64,000 nt of DNA from positions 30,380,001 to 30,444,000 of the forward strand of contig OZ024744.1 of assembly GCA_964016885.1 (NCBI GenBank), written 5' to 3'. Made by a program: the position numbers and the translations under genes. Within the stretch, counting starts at the first letter, position 1; every line of letters begins with the position of its first letter. Source of the DNA: Eledone cirrhosa (taxonomy: Eukaryota). The notes below the pieces were generated by a model, which was not told where the DNA came from, searched no databases, and saw nothing but the letters and a program-made list of their open reading frames with translations. This document shows, piece after piece, positions 12,001-25,109 of the stretch.

Positions 12001-13700
12001 TGTGTTTAGACCTGGTGTATATGAGAGATAGGGAGAGTGGGAGAGACGGAGACAGTGACAGTGGGAGGTTGGTTCCTCTGTGTTTGGACCTGGTGTATAT
12101 GAGAGATAGGGAGAGAGTGGGTGAGATGGAGGCAGTGGGAGGTTGGTTCCTCTGTGTTTAGACCTGGTGTATATGAGAGATAGGGAGAGTGGGAGAGATG
12201 GAGACAGTGACAGTGGGAGGTTGGTTCCTCTGTGTTTGGACCTGGTGTATATGAGAGATAGGGAGAGTGGGAGAGACGGAGGCAGTGACAGTGGGAGGTT
12301 GGTTCCACTGTGTTTGGACCTGGTGTATATGAGAGATAGGGAGAGAGTGGGAGAGACGGAGGCAGTGACAGTGGGAGGTTGGTTCCTCTGTGTTTAGACC
12401 TGGTGTATATGAGAGATAGGGAGAGAGTAGAAGGTTGGTTCCTCTGTGTTTAGACCTGGTGTATATGAGAGATAGGGAGAGAGTGGGAGAGACGGAGGCA
12501 GTGACAGTGGGAGGTTGGTTCCTCTGTGTTTAGACCAGGTGTATATGAGGGATAGGGAGAGAGTGAGAGACGTAGGCAGTGACAGTGGGAGTTTGGTTCC
12601 TCTGTGTTTAGACCTGGTGTATATGAGAGATAGGGAGAGAGTGGGAGAGACGGAGGCAGTGACAGTGGGAGGTTGGTTCCTCTGTGTTTGGACCTGGTGT
12701 ATATGAGAGATAGGGAGAGAGTGAGAGAGACGGAGGCAGTGACAGTGGGAGGTTGGTTCCTCTGTGTTTGGACCTGGTGTATATGAGAGAGTGGGAGAGA
12801 CGGAGGCAGTGACAGTGGGAGGTTGGCTCCTCTGTGTTTGGACCTGGTGTATATGAGAGATAGGGAGAGTGGGAGAGATGTGGTCAGTGACAGTGGGAGG
12901 TTGGTTCCTCTGTGTTTAGACCTGGTGTATATGAGAGATAAGGAGAGAGTGGGAGAGAGACGGAGGCAGTGACAATGGTAGGTTGGTTCCTCTGTGTTTT
13001 GACCTGGTGTATATGAGAGATAGGGGGAGAGTGGGAGAGACGGAGGCAGTGACAGTGGGAGGTTGGTTCCTCTGTGTTTGGACCTGGTGTATATGAGAGA
13101 TAAGGAGAGAGTGGGAGAGAGACGGAGGCAGTGACAGTGGGAGGTTGGTTCCTCTGTGTTTAGACCTGGTGTATATGAGAGATAGGGGGAGAGTGGGAGA
13201 GACGGAGGCAGTGACAGTGGGAGGATGGTTCCTCTGTGTTTGAACCTGGTGTATATGAGAGATAGGGAGAGAGTGGGAGAGATGGAGGCAGTGACAGTGG
13301 GAGGTTGGTTCCTCTGTGTTTGGACCTGGTGTATATGAGAGATAGGGAGAGAGTGGGAGAGACGGAGGCAGTGACAGTGGGAGGTTGGTTCCTCTGTGTT
13401 TAGACCTGGTGTATATGAGAGATAGGGAGAGAGTGAGAGAGACGGAGGCAGTGACAGTGGGGGGTTGGTTCCTCAGTGTTTGGACATGGTGTATATGAGA
13501 CATAGGGAGAGAGTGGGAGAGACGGAGGCAGTGACAGTGGGAGGTTGGTTCCTCTGTGTTTGGACCTGGTGTATATGAGAGATAGGGAGAGAGTGGGAGA
13601 GATGGAGGCAGTGACAGTGGGAGGTTGGTTCCTCTGTGTTTAGACCTGGTGTATATGAGAGAGAGGGAGAGAGTGGGAGAGATGGAGGCAGTGACAGTGG
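1..13700 (+). repeat. Left heterogeneous domain of the satellite, with its own monomer variants and irregular local higher-order repeats
   Basis: Variants concentrated here: TTCCACTGTG (e.g. 29, 189, 4119, 8939, 12303), GATAAGGAGA, 56-bp monomers (~470, 3395, 5281, 10485, 12425), 70-bp monomers (~826, 3831, 5558, 9440, 12781), GATGTGGTCA (921, 3927, 5653, 9535, 12877), CGTAGGCAG. The boundary is gradual. Confidence 0.8.
6480..7750 (+). repeat. 636-bp (8-monomer) near-perfect tandem duplication
   Basis: Private variants GGGATGTTGG (6790, 7426) and AGTAGGAGG (~6945, ~7581) both repeat at offset 636. Identical ORF translations 6727/7363 and 6954/7590 have the same offset. Confidence 0.9.
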
Positions 13701-16700
13701 GAGGTTGGTTCCTCTGTGTTTAGACCTGGTGTATATGAGAGAGAGGGAGTGAGTGGGAGAGACGGAGGCAGTGAAAGTGGGAGGTTGGTTCCTCTGTGTT
13801 TGGACCTGGTGTATATGAGAGATAGGGAGAGTGGGAGAGATGGAGGCAGTGACAGTGGGAGGTTGGTTCCTCTGTGTTTAGACCTGGTGTATTTGAGAGA
13901 TAGGGAGAGAGTGGGAGAGATGGAGGCAGTGACAGTGGGAGGTTGGTTCCTCTGTGTTTGAACCTGGTGTATATGAGAGGTAGGGAGAGTGAGAGAGACG
14001 GAGGCAGTGACAGTTGGAGGTTGGTTCCTCTGTGTTTGGACCTGGTGTATATGAGAGATAGGGAGAGTGGGAGAGACGGAGACAGTGACAGTGGGAGGTT
14101 GGTTCCTCTGTGTTTGGACCTGGTGTATATGAGAGAGTGGGAGAGAGTGGGAGAGATGGAGGCAGTGACAGTGGGAGGTTGGTTCCTCTGTGTTTGGACC
14201 TGGTGTATATGAGAGATAGGGAGAGAGTGGGTGAGATGGAGGCAGTGGGAGGTGGGTTCCTCTGTGTTTAGACCTGGTGTATATGAGAGATAGGGAGAGT
14301 GGGAGAGACGGAGACAGTGACAGTGGGAGGTTGGTTCCTCTGTGTTTGGACCTGGTGTATATGAGAGATAGGGAGAGAGTGGGTGAGATGGAGGCAGTGG
14401 GAGGTGGGTTCCTCTGTGTTTGGACCTGGTGTATATGAGAGATAGGGAGAGAGTGGGTGAGATGGAGGCAGTGGGAGATGGGTTCCTCTGTGTTTAGACC
14501 TGGTGTATATGAGAGATAGGGAGAGTGGGAGAGACGGAGACAGTGACAGTGGTGGGTTGGTTCCTCTGTGTTTGGACCTGGTGTATATGAGAGATAGGGA
14601 GAGAGTGGGTGAGATGGAGGCAGTGGGAGGTGGGTTCCTCTGTGTTTGGACCTGGTGTATATGAGAGATAGGGATAGAGTGGGTGAGATGGAGGCAGTGG
14701 GAGGTTGGTTCCTCTGTGTTTAGACCTGGTGTATATGAGAGATAGGGAGAGTGGGAGAGATGGAGACAGTGACAGTGGGAGGTTGGTTCCTCTGTGTTTG
14801 GACCTGGTGTATATGAGAGAGTGGGAGAGAGTGGGAGAGACGGAGGCAGTGACAGTGGGAGGTTGGTTCCTCTGTGTTTAGACCTGGTGTATATAAGAGA
14901 GTGGGAGACAGTGGGTGAGACGGAGGCAGTGACAGTGGGAGGTTGGTTCCTCTGTATTTTGACCATGTATATATGAGAGAGAGGGAGAGAGTGGGAGAGA
15001 TGGAGGCAGTGACAGTGGGAGGTTGGTTCCTCTGTGTTTGGACCTGGTGTATATGAGAGAGAGTGAGAGAGTGAGAGAGACGGAGGCAGTGACAGTGGGA
15101 GGTTGGTTCCTCTGTGTTTGGACCTGGTGTATATGAGAGAGAGGGAGAGAGTGGGAGGGATGGAGGCAGTGACAGTGGGAGGTTGGTTCCTCTGTGTTTG
15201 GACCTGGTATATATGAGAGATAGGGAGAGAGGGAGAGATGGAGGCAGTGACAGTGGGAGGTTGGTTCCTCAGTGTTTAGACCTGGTGTATATCAGAGATA
15301 GGGAGAGTGGGAGAGATGGAGGCAGTGACAGTGGGAGGTTGGTTCCTCTGTGTTTGGACCTGGTGTATATGAGAGATAGGGAGAGAGTGGGAGAGACGGA
15401 GGCAGTGACAGTGGGAGGTTGGTTCCTCTGTGTTTAGACCTGGTGTATATGAGAGATAGGGAGAGAGTGAGAGAGACGGAGGCAGTGACAGTGGGGGGTT
15501 GGTTCCTCAGTGTTTGGACATGGTGTACATGAGACATAGGGAGAGAGTGGGAGAGACGGAGGCAGTGACAGTGGGAGGTTGGTTCCTCTGTGTTTGGACC
15601 TGGTGTATATGAGAGATAGGGAGAGAGTGGGAGAGATGGAGGCAGTGACAGTGGGAGGTTGGTTCCTCTGTGTTTAGACCTGGTGTATATGAGAGAGAGG
15701 GAGAGAGTGGGAGAGATGGAGGCAGTGACAGTTGGAGGTTGGTTCCTCTGTGTTTAGACCTGGTGTATATGAGAGAGAGGGAGAGAGTGGGAGAGACGGA
15801 GGCAGTGAAAGTGGGAGGTTGGTTCCTCTGTGTTTGGACCTGGTGTATATGAGAGATAGGGAGAGTGGGAGAGATGGAGGCAGTGACAGTGGGAGGTTGG
15901 TTCCTCTGTGTTTAGACCTGGTGTATTTGAGAGATAGGGAGAGAGTGGGAGAGATGGAGGCAGTGACAGTGGGAGGTTGGTTCCTCTGTGTTTGAACCTC
16001 GTGTATATGAGAGGTAGGGAGAGTGAGAGAGACGGAGGCAGTGACAGTTGGAGGTTGGTTCCTCTGTGTTTGGACCTGGTGTATATGAGAGATAGGGAGA
16101 GTGGGAGAGACGGAGACAGTGACAGTGGGAGGTTGGTTCCTCTGTGTTTGGACCTGGTGTATATGAGAGAGTGGGAGAGAGTGGGAGAGATGGAGGCAGT
16201 GACAGTGGGAGGTTGGTTCCTCTGTGTTTGGACCTGGTGTATATGAGAGATAGGGAGAGAGTGGGTGAGATGGAGGCAGTGGGAGGTGGGTTCCTCTGTG
16301 TTTAGACCTGGTGTATATGAGAGATAGGGAGAGTGGGAGAGACGGAGACAGTGACAGTGGGAGGTTGGTTCCTCTGTGTTTGGACCTGGTGTATATGAGA
16401 GATAGGGAGAGAGTGGGTGAGATGGAGGCAGTGGGAGGTGGGTTCCTCTGTGTTTGGACCTGGTGTATATGAGAGATAGGGAGAGAGTGGGTGAGATGGA
16501 GGCAGTGGGAGGTGGGTTCCTCTGTGTTTAGACCTGGTGTATATGAGAGATAGGGAGAGTGGGAGAGACGGAGACAGTGACAGTGGGAGGTTGGTTCCTC
16601 TGTGTTTGGACCTGGTGTATATGAGAGATAGGGAGAGAGTGGGTGAGATGGAGGCAGTGGGAGGTGGGTTCCTCTGTGTTTGGACCTGGTGTATATGAGA

Positions 16701-17390
16701 GATAGGGATAGAGTGGGTGAGATGGAGGCAGTGGGAGGTTGGTTCCTCTGTGTTTAGACCTGGTGTATATGAGAGATAGGGAGAGTGGGAGAGATGGAGA
16801 CAGTGACAGTGGGAGGTTGGTTCCTCTGTGTTTGGACCTGGTGTATATGAGAGAGTGGGAGAGAGTGGGAGAGACGGAGGCAGTGACAGTGGGAGGTTGG
16901 TTCCTCTGTGTTTAGACCTGGTGTATATAAGAGAGTGGGAGAGAGTGGGTGAGACGGAGGCAGTGACAGTGGGAGGTTGGTTCCTCTGTATTTTGACCAT
17001 GTATATATGAGAGAGAGGGAGAGAGTGGGAGAGATGGAGGCAGTGACAGTGGGAGGTTGGTTCCTCTGTGTTTGGACCTGGTGTATATGAGAGAGAGTGA
17101 GAGAGTGAGAGAGACGGAGGCAGTGACAGTGGGAGGTTGGTTCCTCTGTGTTTGGACCTGGTGTATATGAGAGAGAGGGAGAGAGTGGGAGGGATGGAGG
17201 CAGTGACAGTGGGAGGTTGGTTCCTCTGTGTTTGGACCTGGTATATATGAGAGATAGGGAGAGAGGGAGAGATGGAGGCAGTGACAGTGGGAGGTTGGTT
17301 CCTCAGTGTTTAGACCTGGTGTATATCAGAGATAGGGAGAGTGGGAGAGATGGAGGCAGTGACAGTGGGAGGTTGGTTCCTCTGTGTTTG
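13290..17390 (+). repeat. 2034-bp (~26-monomer) tandem duplication
   Basis: GGGATAGAGT at 14671 and 16705, GACCATGTAT at 14961 and 16995, TATCAGAG at ~15289 and ~17323. ORF pairs 14268/16302 and 15114/17148 are all offset by 2034. Confidence 0.9.
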
Positions 17391-20300
17391 GACCTGGTGT
17401 ATATGAGAGAGTGGGAGAGAGTGAGAGAGACGGAGGCAGTGACAGTGGGAGGTTGGTTCCTCAGTGTTTAGACCTGGTGTATATGAGAGATAGGGAGAGT
17501 GGGAGAGATGGAGGCAGTGACAGTGGGAGGTTGGTTCCTCTGTGTTTGGACCTGGTGTATATGAGAGGTAGGGAGAGTGAGAGAGACGGAGGCAGTGACA
17601 GTGGGAGGTTGGTTCCTCTGTGTTTAGACCTGGTGTATATGAGAGAGAGGGAGAGAGTGGGAGAGACGGAGGCAGTGAAAGTGGGAGGTTGGTTCCTCTG
17701 TGTTTGGACCTGGTGTATATGAGAGATAGGGAGAGTGGGAGAGATGGAGGCAGTGACAGTGGGAGGTTGGTTCCTCTGTGTTTAGACCTGGTGTATTTGA
17801 GAGATAGGGAGAGAGTGGGAGAGATGGAGGCAGTGACAGTGGGAGGTTGGTTCCTCTGTGTTTGGACCTGGTGTATATGAGAGAGAGTGAGAGAGTGAGA
17901 GAGACGGAGGCAGTGAAAGTGGGAGGTTGGTTCCTCTGTGTTTGGACCTGGTGTATATGTGAGATAGGGAGAGTGGGAGAGACGGAGACAGTGACAGTGG
18001 GAGGTTGGTTCCTCTGTGTTTGGACCTGGTGTATATGAGAGATAGGGAGAGAGTGGGTGAGATGGAGGCAGTGGGAGGTGGGTTCCTCTGTGTTTGGACC
18101 TGGTGTATATGAGAGATAGGGAGAGAGTGGGTGAGATGGAGGCAGTGGGAGGTTGGTTCCTCTGTGTTTAGACCTGGTGTATATGAGAGATAGGGAGAGT
18201 GGGAGAGATGGAGACAGTGACAGTGGGAGGTTGGTTCATCTGTGTTTGGACCTGGTGTATATGAGAGAGAGGGAGAGAGTGGGAGGGATGGAGGCAGTGA
18301 CAGTGGGAGGTTGGTTCCTCTGTGTTTGGACCTGGTGTATATGAGAGAGAGTGAGAGAGTGAGAGAGACGGAGGCAGTGACAGTGGGAGGTTGGTTCCTC
18401 TGTGTTTGGACCTGGTGTATATGAGAGAGAGGGAGAGAGTGGGAGGGATGGAGGCAGTGACAGTGGGAGGTTGGTTCCTCTGTATTTTGACCATGTATAT
18501 ATGAGAGAGAGGGAGAGAGTGGGAGAGATGGAGGCAGTGACAGTGGGAGGTTGGTTCCTCTGTGTTTGAACCTGGTGTATATGAGAGATAGGGAGAGAGT
18601 GGGAGAGACGGAGGCATTGACAGTGGGAGGTTGGTTCCTCTGTGTTTAGGCAGGTGTATATGAGAGATAGGGAGAGAGTGGGAGAGACGGAGGCAGTGAC
18701 AGTGGGAGGTTGGTTCCTCTGTGTTTGGACCTGGTGTATATGAGAGATAGGGAGAGAGTGGGAGAGACGGAGGCAGTGACAGTGGGAAGTTGGTTCCTCT
18801 GTGTTTAGACAGGTGTATATGAGAGATAGGGAGAGAGTGGGAGAGACGGAGGCAGTGACAGTGGGAGGTTGGTTCCTCTGTGTTTTGACCTGGTGTATAT
18901 GAGAGATAGGGAGAGAGTGAGAGAGACGGAGGCAGTGACAGTGGGGGGTTGGTTCCTCTGTGTTTGGATCTGGTGTATATGAGAGATAGGGAGAGAGTGA
19001 GAGAGACGGAGGCAGTGACAGTGGGAGGTTGGTTCCTCTGTGTTTGGACCTGGTATATATGAGAGATAGGGAGAGAGGGAGAGATGGAGGCAGTGACAGT
19101 GGGAGGTTGGTTCCTCAGTGTTTAGACCTGGTGTATATCAGAGATAGGGAGAGTGGGAGAGATGGAGGCAGTGACAGTGGGAGGTTGGTTCCTCTGTGTT
19201 TGGACCTGGTGTATATGAGAGAGTGGGAGAGAGTGAGAGAGACGGAGGCAGTGACAGTGGGAGGTTGGTTCCTCAGTGTTTAGACCTGGTGTATATGAGA
19301 GATAGGGAGAGTGGGAGAGATGGAGGCAGTGACAGTGGGAGGTTGGTTCCTCTGTGTTTGGACCTGGTGTATATGAGAGGTATGGAGAGTGAGAGAGACG
19401 GAGGCAGTGACAGTGGGAGGTTGGTTCCTCTGTGTTTAGACCTGGTGTATATGAGAGAGAGGGAGAGAGTGGGAGAGACGTAGGCAGTGAAAGTGGGAGG
19501 TTGGTTCCTCTGTGTTTGGACCTGGTGTATATGAGAGATAGGGAGAGTGGGAGAGATGGAGGCAGTGACAGTGGGAGGTTGGTTCCTCTGTGTTTAGACC
19601 TGGTGTATTTGAGAGATAGGGAGAGAGTGGGAGAGATGGAGGCAGTGACAGTGGGAGGTTGGTTCCTCTGTGTTTGAACCTGGTGTATATGAGAGGTAGG
19701 GAGAGTGAGAGAGACGGAGGCAGTGACAGTTGGAGGTTGGTTCCTCTGTGTTTGGACCTGGTGTATATGAGAGATAGGGAGAGTGGGAGAGACGGAGACA
19801 GTGACAGTGGGAGGTTGGTTCCTCTGTGTTTGGACCTGGTGTATATGAGAGATAGGGAGAGAGTGGGAGAGATGGAGGCAGTGACAGTGGGAGGTTGGTT
19901 CCTCTGTGTTTGGACCTGGTGTATATGAGAGAGAGGGAGAGAGTGGGTGAGATGGAGGCAGTGGGAGGTTGGTTCCTCTGTGTTTAGACCTGGTGTATAT
20001 GAGAGATAGGGAGAGTGGGAGAGATGGAGACAGTGACAGTGGGAGGTTGGTTCATCTGTGTTTGGACCTGGTGTATATGAGAGAGTGGGAGAGAGTGGGA
20101 GAGACGGAGGCAGTGACAGTGGGAGGTTGGTTCCTCTGTGTTTAGACCTGGTGTATATGAGAGAGTGGGAGAGAGTGGGTGAGACGGAGGCAGTGACAGT
20201 GGGAGGTTGGTTCCTCTGTATTTTGACCATGTATATATGAGAGAGAGGGAGAGAGTGGGAGAGATGGAGGCAGTGACAGTGGGAGGTTGGTTCCTCTGTG

Positions 20301-23300
20301 TTTGGACCTGGTGTATATGAGAGAGAGTGAGAGAGTGAGAGAGACGGAGGCAGTGACAGTGGGAGGTTGGTTCCTCTGTGTTTAGACCTGGTGTATATAA
20401 GAGAGTGGGAGAGAGTGGGTGAGACGGAGGCAGTGACAGTGGGAGGTTGGTTCCTCTGTGTTTAGACCTGGTGTATATAAGAGAGTGGGAGAGAGTGGGT
20501 GAGACGGAGGCAGTGACAGTGGGAGGTTGGTTCCTCTGTATTTTGACCATGTATATATGAGAGAGAGGGAGAGAGTGGGAGAGACGGAGGCAGTGACAGT
20601 GGGAGGTTGGTTCCTCTGTGTTTGGAACTGGTGTATATGAGAGAGAGGGAGAGAGTGGGAGGGATGGAGGCAGTGACAGTGGGAGGTTGGTTCCTCTGTG
20701 TTTGGACCTGGTGTATATGAGAGATAGGGAGAGAGTGAGAGAGACTGAGGCAGTGACAGTGGGAGGTTGGTTCCTCTGTGTTTAGACCTGGTGTATATAA
20801 GAGAGTGGGAGAGAGTGGGTGAGACGGAGGCAGTGACAGTGGGAGGTTGGTTCCTCTGTGTTTAGACCTGGTGTATATAAGAGAGTGGGAGAGAGTGGGT
20901 GAGACGGAGGCAGTGACAGTGGGAGGTTGGTTCCTCTGTATTTTGACCATGTATATATGAGAGAGAGGGAGAGAGTGGGAGAGATGGAGGCAGTGACAGT
21001 GGGAGGTTGGTTCCTCTGTGTTTGGACCTGGTGTATATGAGAGAGAGTGAGAGAGTGAGAGAGACGGAGGCAGTGACAGTGGGAGGTTGGTTCCTCTGTG
21101 TTTGGACCTGGTGTATATGAGAGAGAGGGAGAGAGTGGGAGGGATGGAGGCAGTGACAGTGGGAGGTTGGTTCCTCTGTGTTTGGACCTGGTGTATATGA
21201 GAGATAGGGAGAGAGTGAGAGAGACTGAGGCAGTGACAGTGGGAGGGTGGTTCCTCTATATTTTGACCTGGTGTATATGAGAGAGTGGGAGAGAGTGAGA
21301 GAGATGGAGGCAGTGACAGTGGGAGGTTGGTTCCTCTGTGTTTGAACCTGGTGTATATGAGAGATAGGGAGAGTGGGAGAGACGGAGGCATTGACAGTGG
21401 GAGGTTGGTTCCTCTGTGTTTAGGCAGGTGTATATGAGAGATAGGGAGAGAGTGGGAGAGACGGAGGCAGTGACAGTGGGAGGTTGGTTCCTCTGTGTTT
21501 GGACCTGGTGTATATGAGAGATAGGGAGAGAGTGGGAGAGACGGAGGCAGTGACAGTGGGAGGTTGGTTCCTCTGTGTTTAGACAGGTGTATATGAGAGA
21601 TAGGGAGAGAGTGGGAGAGACGGAGGCAGTGACAGTGGGAGGTTGGTTCCTCTGTGTTTTGACCTGGTGTATATGAGAGATAGGGAGAGAGTGAGAGAGA
21701 CCGAGGCAGTGACAGTGGGGGGTTGGTTCCTCTGTGTTTGGACCTGGTATATATGAGAGATAGGGAGAGAGTGAGAGATGGAGGCAGTGACAGTGGGAGG
21801 TTGGTTCCTCAGTGTTTGGACCTGGTGTATATGAGAGATAGGGAGAGTGGGAGAGATGGAGGCAGTGACAGTGGGAGGTTGGTTCCTCTGTGTTTAGACC
21901 TGGTGTATTTGAGAGATAGGGAGAGAGTGGGAGAGATGGAGGCAGTGACAGTGGGAGGTTGGTTCCTCTGTGTTTGAACCTGGTGTATATGAGAGGTAGG
22001 GAGAGTGAGAGAGACGGAGGCAGTGACAGTTGGAGGTTGGTTCCTCTGTGTTTGGACCTGGTGTATATGAGAGATAGGGAGAGTGGGAGAGACGGAGACA
22101 GTGACAGTGGGAGGTTGGTTCCTCTGTGTTTGGACCTGGTGTATATGAGAGATAGGGAGAGAGTGGGTGAGATGGAGGCAGTGGGAGGTGGGTTCCTCTG
22201 TGTTTGGACCTGGTGTATATGAGAGATAGGGAGAGAGTGGGTGAGATGGAGGCAGTGGGAGGTTGGTTCCTCTGTGTTTAGACCTGGTGTATATGAGAGA
22301 TAGGGAGAGTGGGAGAGATGGAGACAGTGACAGTGGGAGGTTGGTTCATCTGTGTTTGGACCTGGTGTATATGAGAGAGAGGGAGAGAGTGGGAGGGATG
22401 GAGGCAGTGACAGTGGGAGGTTGGTTCCTCTGTGTTTGGACCTGGTGTATATGAGAGAGAGTGAGAGAGTGAGAGAGACGGAGGCAGTGACAGTGGGAGG
22501 TTGGTTCCTCTGTGTTTGGACCTGGTGTATATGAGAGAGAGGGAGAGAGTGGGAGGGATGGAGGCAGTGACAGTGGGAGGTTGGTTCCTCTGTATTTTGA
22601 CCATGTATATATGAGAGAGAGGGAGAGAGTGGGAGAGATGGAGGCAGTGACAGTGGGAGGTTGGTTCCTCTGTGTTTGGACATGGTGTATATGAGACATA
22701 GGGAGAGAGTGAGAGAGATGGAGGCAGTGACAGTGGGAGGTTGGTTCCTCTGTGTTTGAACCTGGTGTATATGAGAGATAGGGAGAGAGTGGGAGAGACG
22801 GAGGCATTGACAGTGGGAGGTTGGTTCCTCTGTGTTTAGGCAGGTGTATATGAGAGATAGGGAGAGAGTGGGAGAGACGGAGGCAGTGACAGTGGGAGGT
22901 TGGTTCCTCTGTGTTTGGACCTGGTGTATATGAGAGATAGGGAGAGAGTGGGTGAGATGGAGGCAGTGGGAGGTTGGTTCCTCTGTGTTTAGACCTGGTG
23001 TATATGAGAGATAGGGAGAGTGGGAGAGATGGAGACAGTGACAGTGGGAGGTTGGTTCCTCTGTGTTTAGACCTGGTGTATATGAGAGAGTGGGAGAGAG
23101 TGGGTGAGACGGAGGCAGTGACAGTGGGAGGTTGGTTCCTCTGTATTTTGACCATGTATATATGAGAGAGAGGGAGAGAGTGGGAGAGATGGAGGCAGTG
23201 ACAGTGGGAGGTTGGTTCCTCTGTGTTTGGACCTGGTGTATATGAGAGAGAGTGAGAGAGTGAGAGAGACGGAGGCAGTGACAGTGGGAGGTTGGTTCCT

Positions 23301-25109
23301 CTGTGTTTAGACCTGGTGTATATAAGAGAGTGGGAGAGAGTGGGTGAGACGGAGGCAGTGACAGTGGGAGGTTGGTTCCTCTGTGTTTAGACCTGGTGTA
23401 TATAAGAGAGTGGGAGAGAGTGGGTGAGACGGAGGCAGTGACAGTGGGAGGTTGGTTCCTCTGTATTTTGACCATGTATATATGAGAGAGAGGGAGAGAG
23501 TGGGAGAGATGGAGGCAGTGACAGTGGGAGGTTGGTTCCTCTGTGTTTGGACCTGGTGTATATGAGAGAGAGTGAGAGAGTGAGAGAGACGGAGGCAGTG
23601 ACAGTGGGAGGTTGGTTCCTCTGTGTTTGGACCTGGTGTATATGAGAGAGAGGGAGAGAGTGGGAGGGATGGAGGCAGTGACAGTGGGAGGTTGTTTCCT
23701 CTGTGTTTGGACCTGGTGTATATGAGAGATAGGGAGAGAGTGAGAGAGACTGAGGCAGTGACAGTGGGAGGTTGGTTCCTCTGTGTTTAGACCTGGTGTA
23801 TATAAGAGAGTGGGAGAGAGTGGGTGAGACGGAGGCAGTGACAGTGGGAGGTTGGTTCCTCTGTGTTTAGACCTGGTGTATATAAGAGAGTGGGAGAGAG
23901 TGGGTGAGACGGAGGCAGTGACAGTGGGAGGTTGGTTCCTCTGTATTTTGACCATGTATATATGAGAGAGAGGGAGAGAGTGGGAGAGATGGAGGCAGTG
24001 ACAGTGGGAGGTTGGTTCCTCTGTGTTTGGACCTGGTGTATATGAGAGAGAGTGAGAGAGTGAGAGAGACGGAGGCAGTGACAGTGGGAGGTTGGTTCCT
24101 CTGTGTTTGGACCTGGTGTATATGAGAGAGAGGGAGAGAGTGGGAGGGATGGAGGCAGTGACAGTGGGAGATTGGTTCCTCTGTGTTTGGACCTGGTGTA
24201 TATGAGAGATAGGGAGAGAGTGAGAGAGACTGAGGCAGTGACAGTGGGAGGTTGGTTCCTCTGTATTTTGACCTGGTGTATATGAGAGAGTGGGAGAGAG
24301 TGAGAGAGATGGAGGCAGTGACAGTGGGAGGTTGGTTCCTCTGTGTTTGAACCTGGTGTATATGAGAGATAGGGAGAGTGGGAGAGACGGAGGCATTGAC
24401 AGTGGGAGGTTGGTTCCTCTGTGTTTAGGCAGGTGTATATGAGAGATAGGGAGAGAGTGGGAGAGACGGAGGCAGTGACAGTGGGAGGTTGGTTCCTCTG
24501 TGTTTGGACCTGGTGTATATGAGAGATAGGGAGAGAGTGGGAGAGACGGAGGCAGTGACAGTGGGAGGTTGGTTCCTCTGTGTTTAGACAGGTGTATATG
24601 AGAGATAGGGAGAGAGTGGGAGAGACGGAGGCAGTGACAGTGGGAGGTTGGTTCCTCTGTGTTTTGACCTGGTGTATATGAGAGATAGGGAGAGAGTGAG
24701 AGAGACCGAGGCAGTGACAGTGGGGGGTTGGTTCCTCTGTGTTTGGATCTGCTGTATATGAGAGATAGGGAGAGAGTGAGAGAGACGGAGGCAGTGACAG
24801 TGGGAGGTTGGTTCCTCTGTATTTGGACCTGGTATATATGAGAGATAGGGAGAGAGTGAGAGATGGAGGCAGTGACAGTGGGAGGTTGGTTCCTCAGTGT
24901 TTGGACCTGGTGTATATGAGAGATAGGGAGAGTGGGAGAGATGGAGGCAGTGACAGTGGGAGGTTGGTTCCTCTGTGTTTAGACCTGGTGTATTTGAGAG
25001 ATAGGGAGAGAGTGGGAGAGATGGAGGCAGTGACAGTGGGAGGTTGGTTCCTCTGTGTTTGAACCTGGTGTATATGAGAGGTAGGGAGAGTGAGAGAGAC
25101 GGAGGCAGT

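Noticed and set aside
21256-24396. 1046-aa minus-strand ORF and other long His/Ser/Leu/Pro-rich ORFs (36031-38697, 29871-31919, 44480-46387, 51202-53109)
   Set aside because: The C/T-rich minus strand has stops almost only where the TTTAGAC allele gives TAA. The peptides cycle through all three frames of an 80-bp unit, frame-breaking indels are freely tolerated, and overlapping ORFs occur in every frame. They are repeat artefacts.
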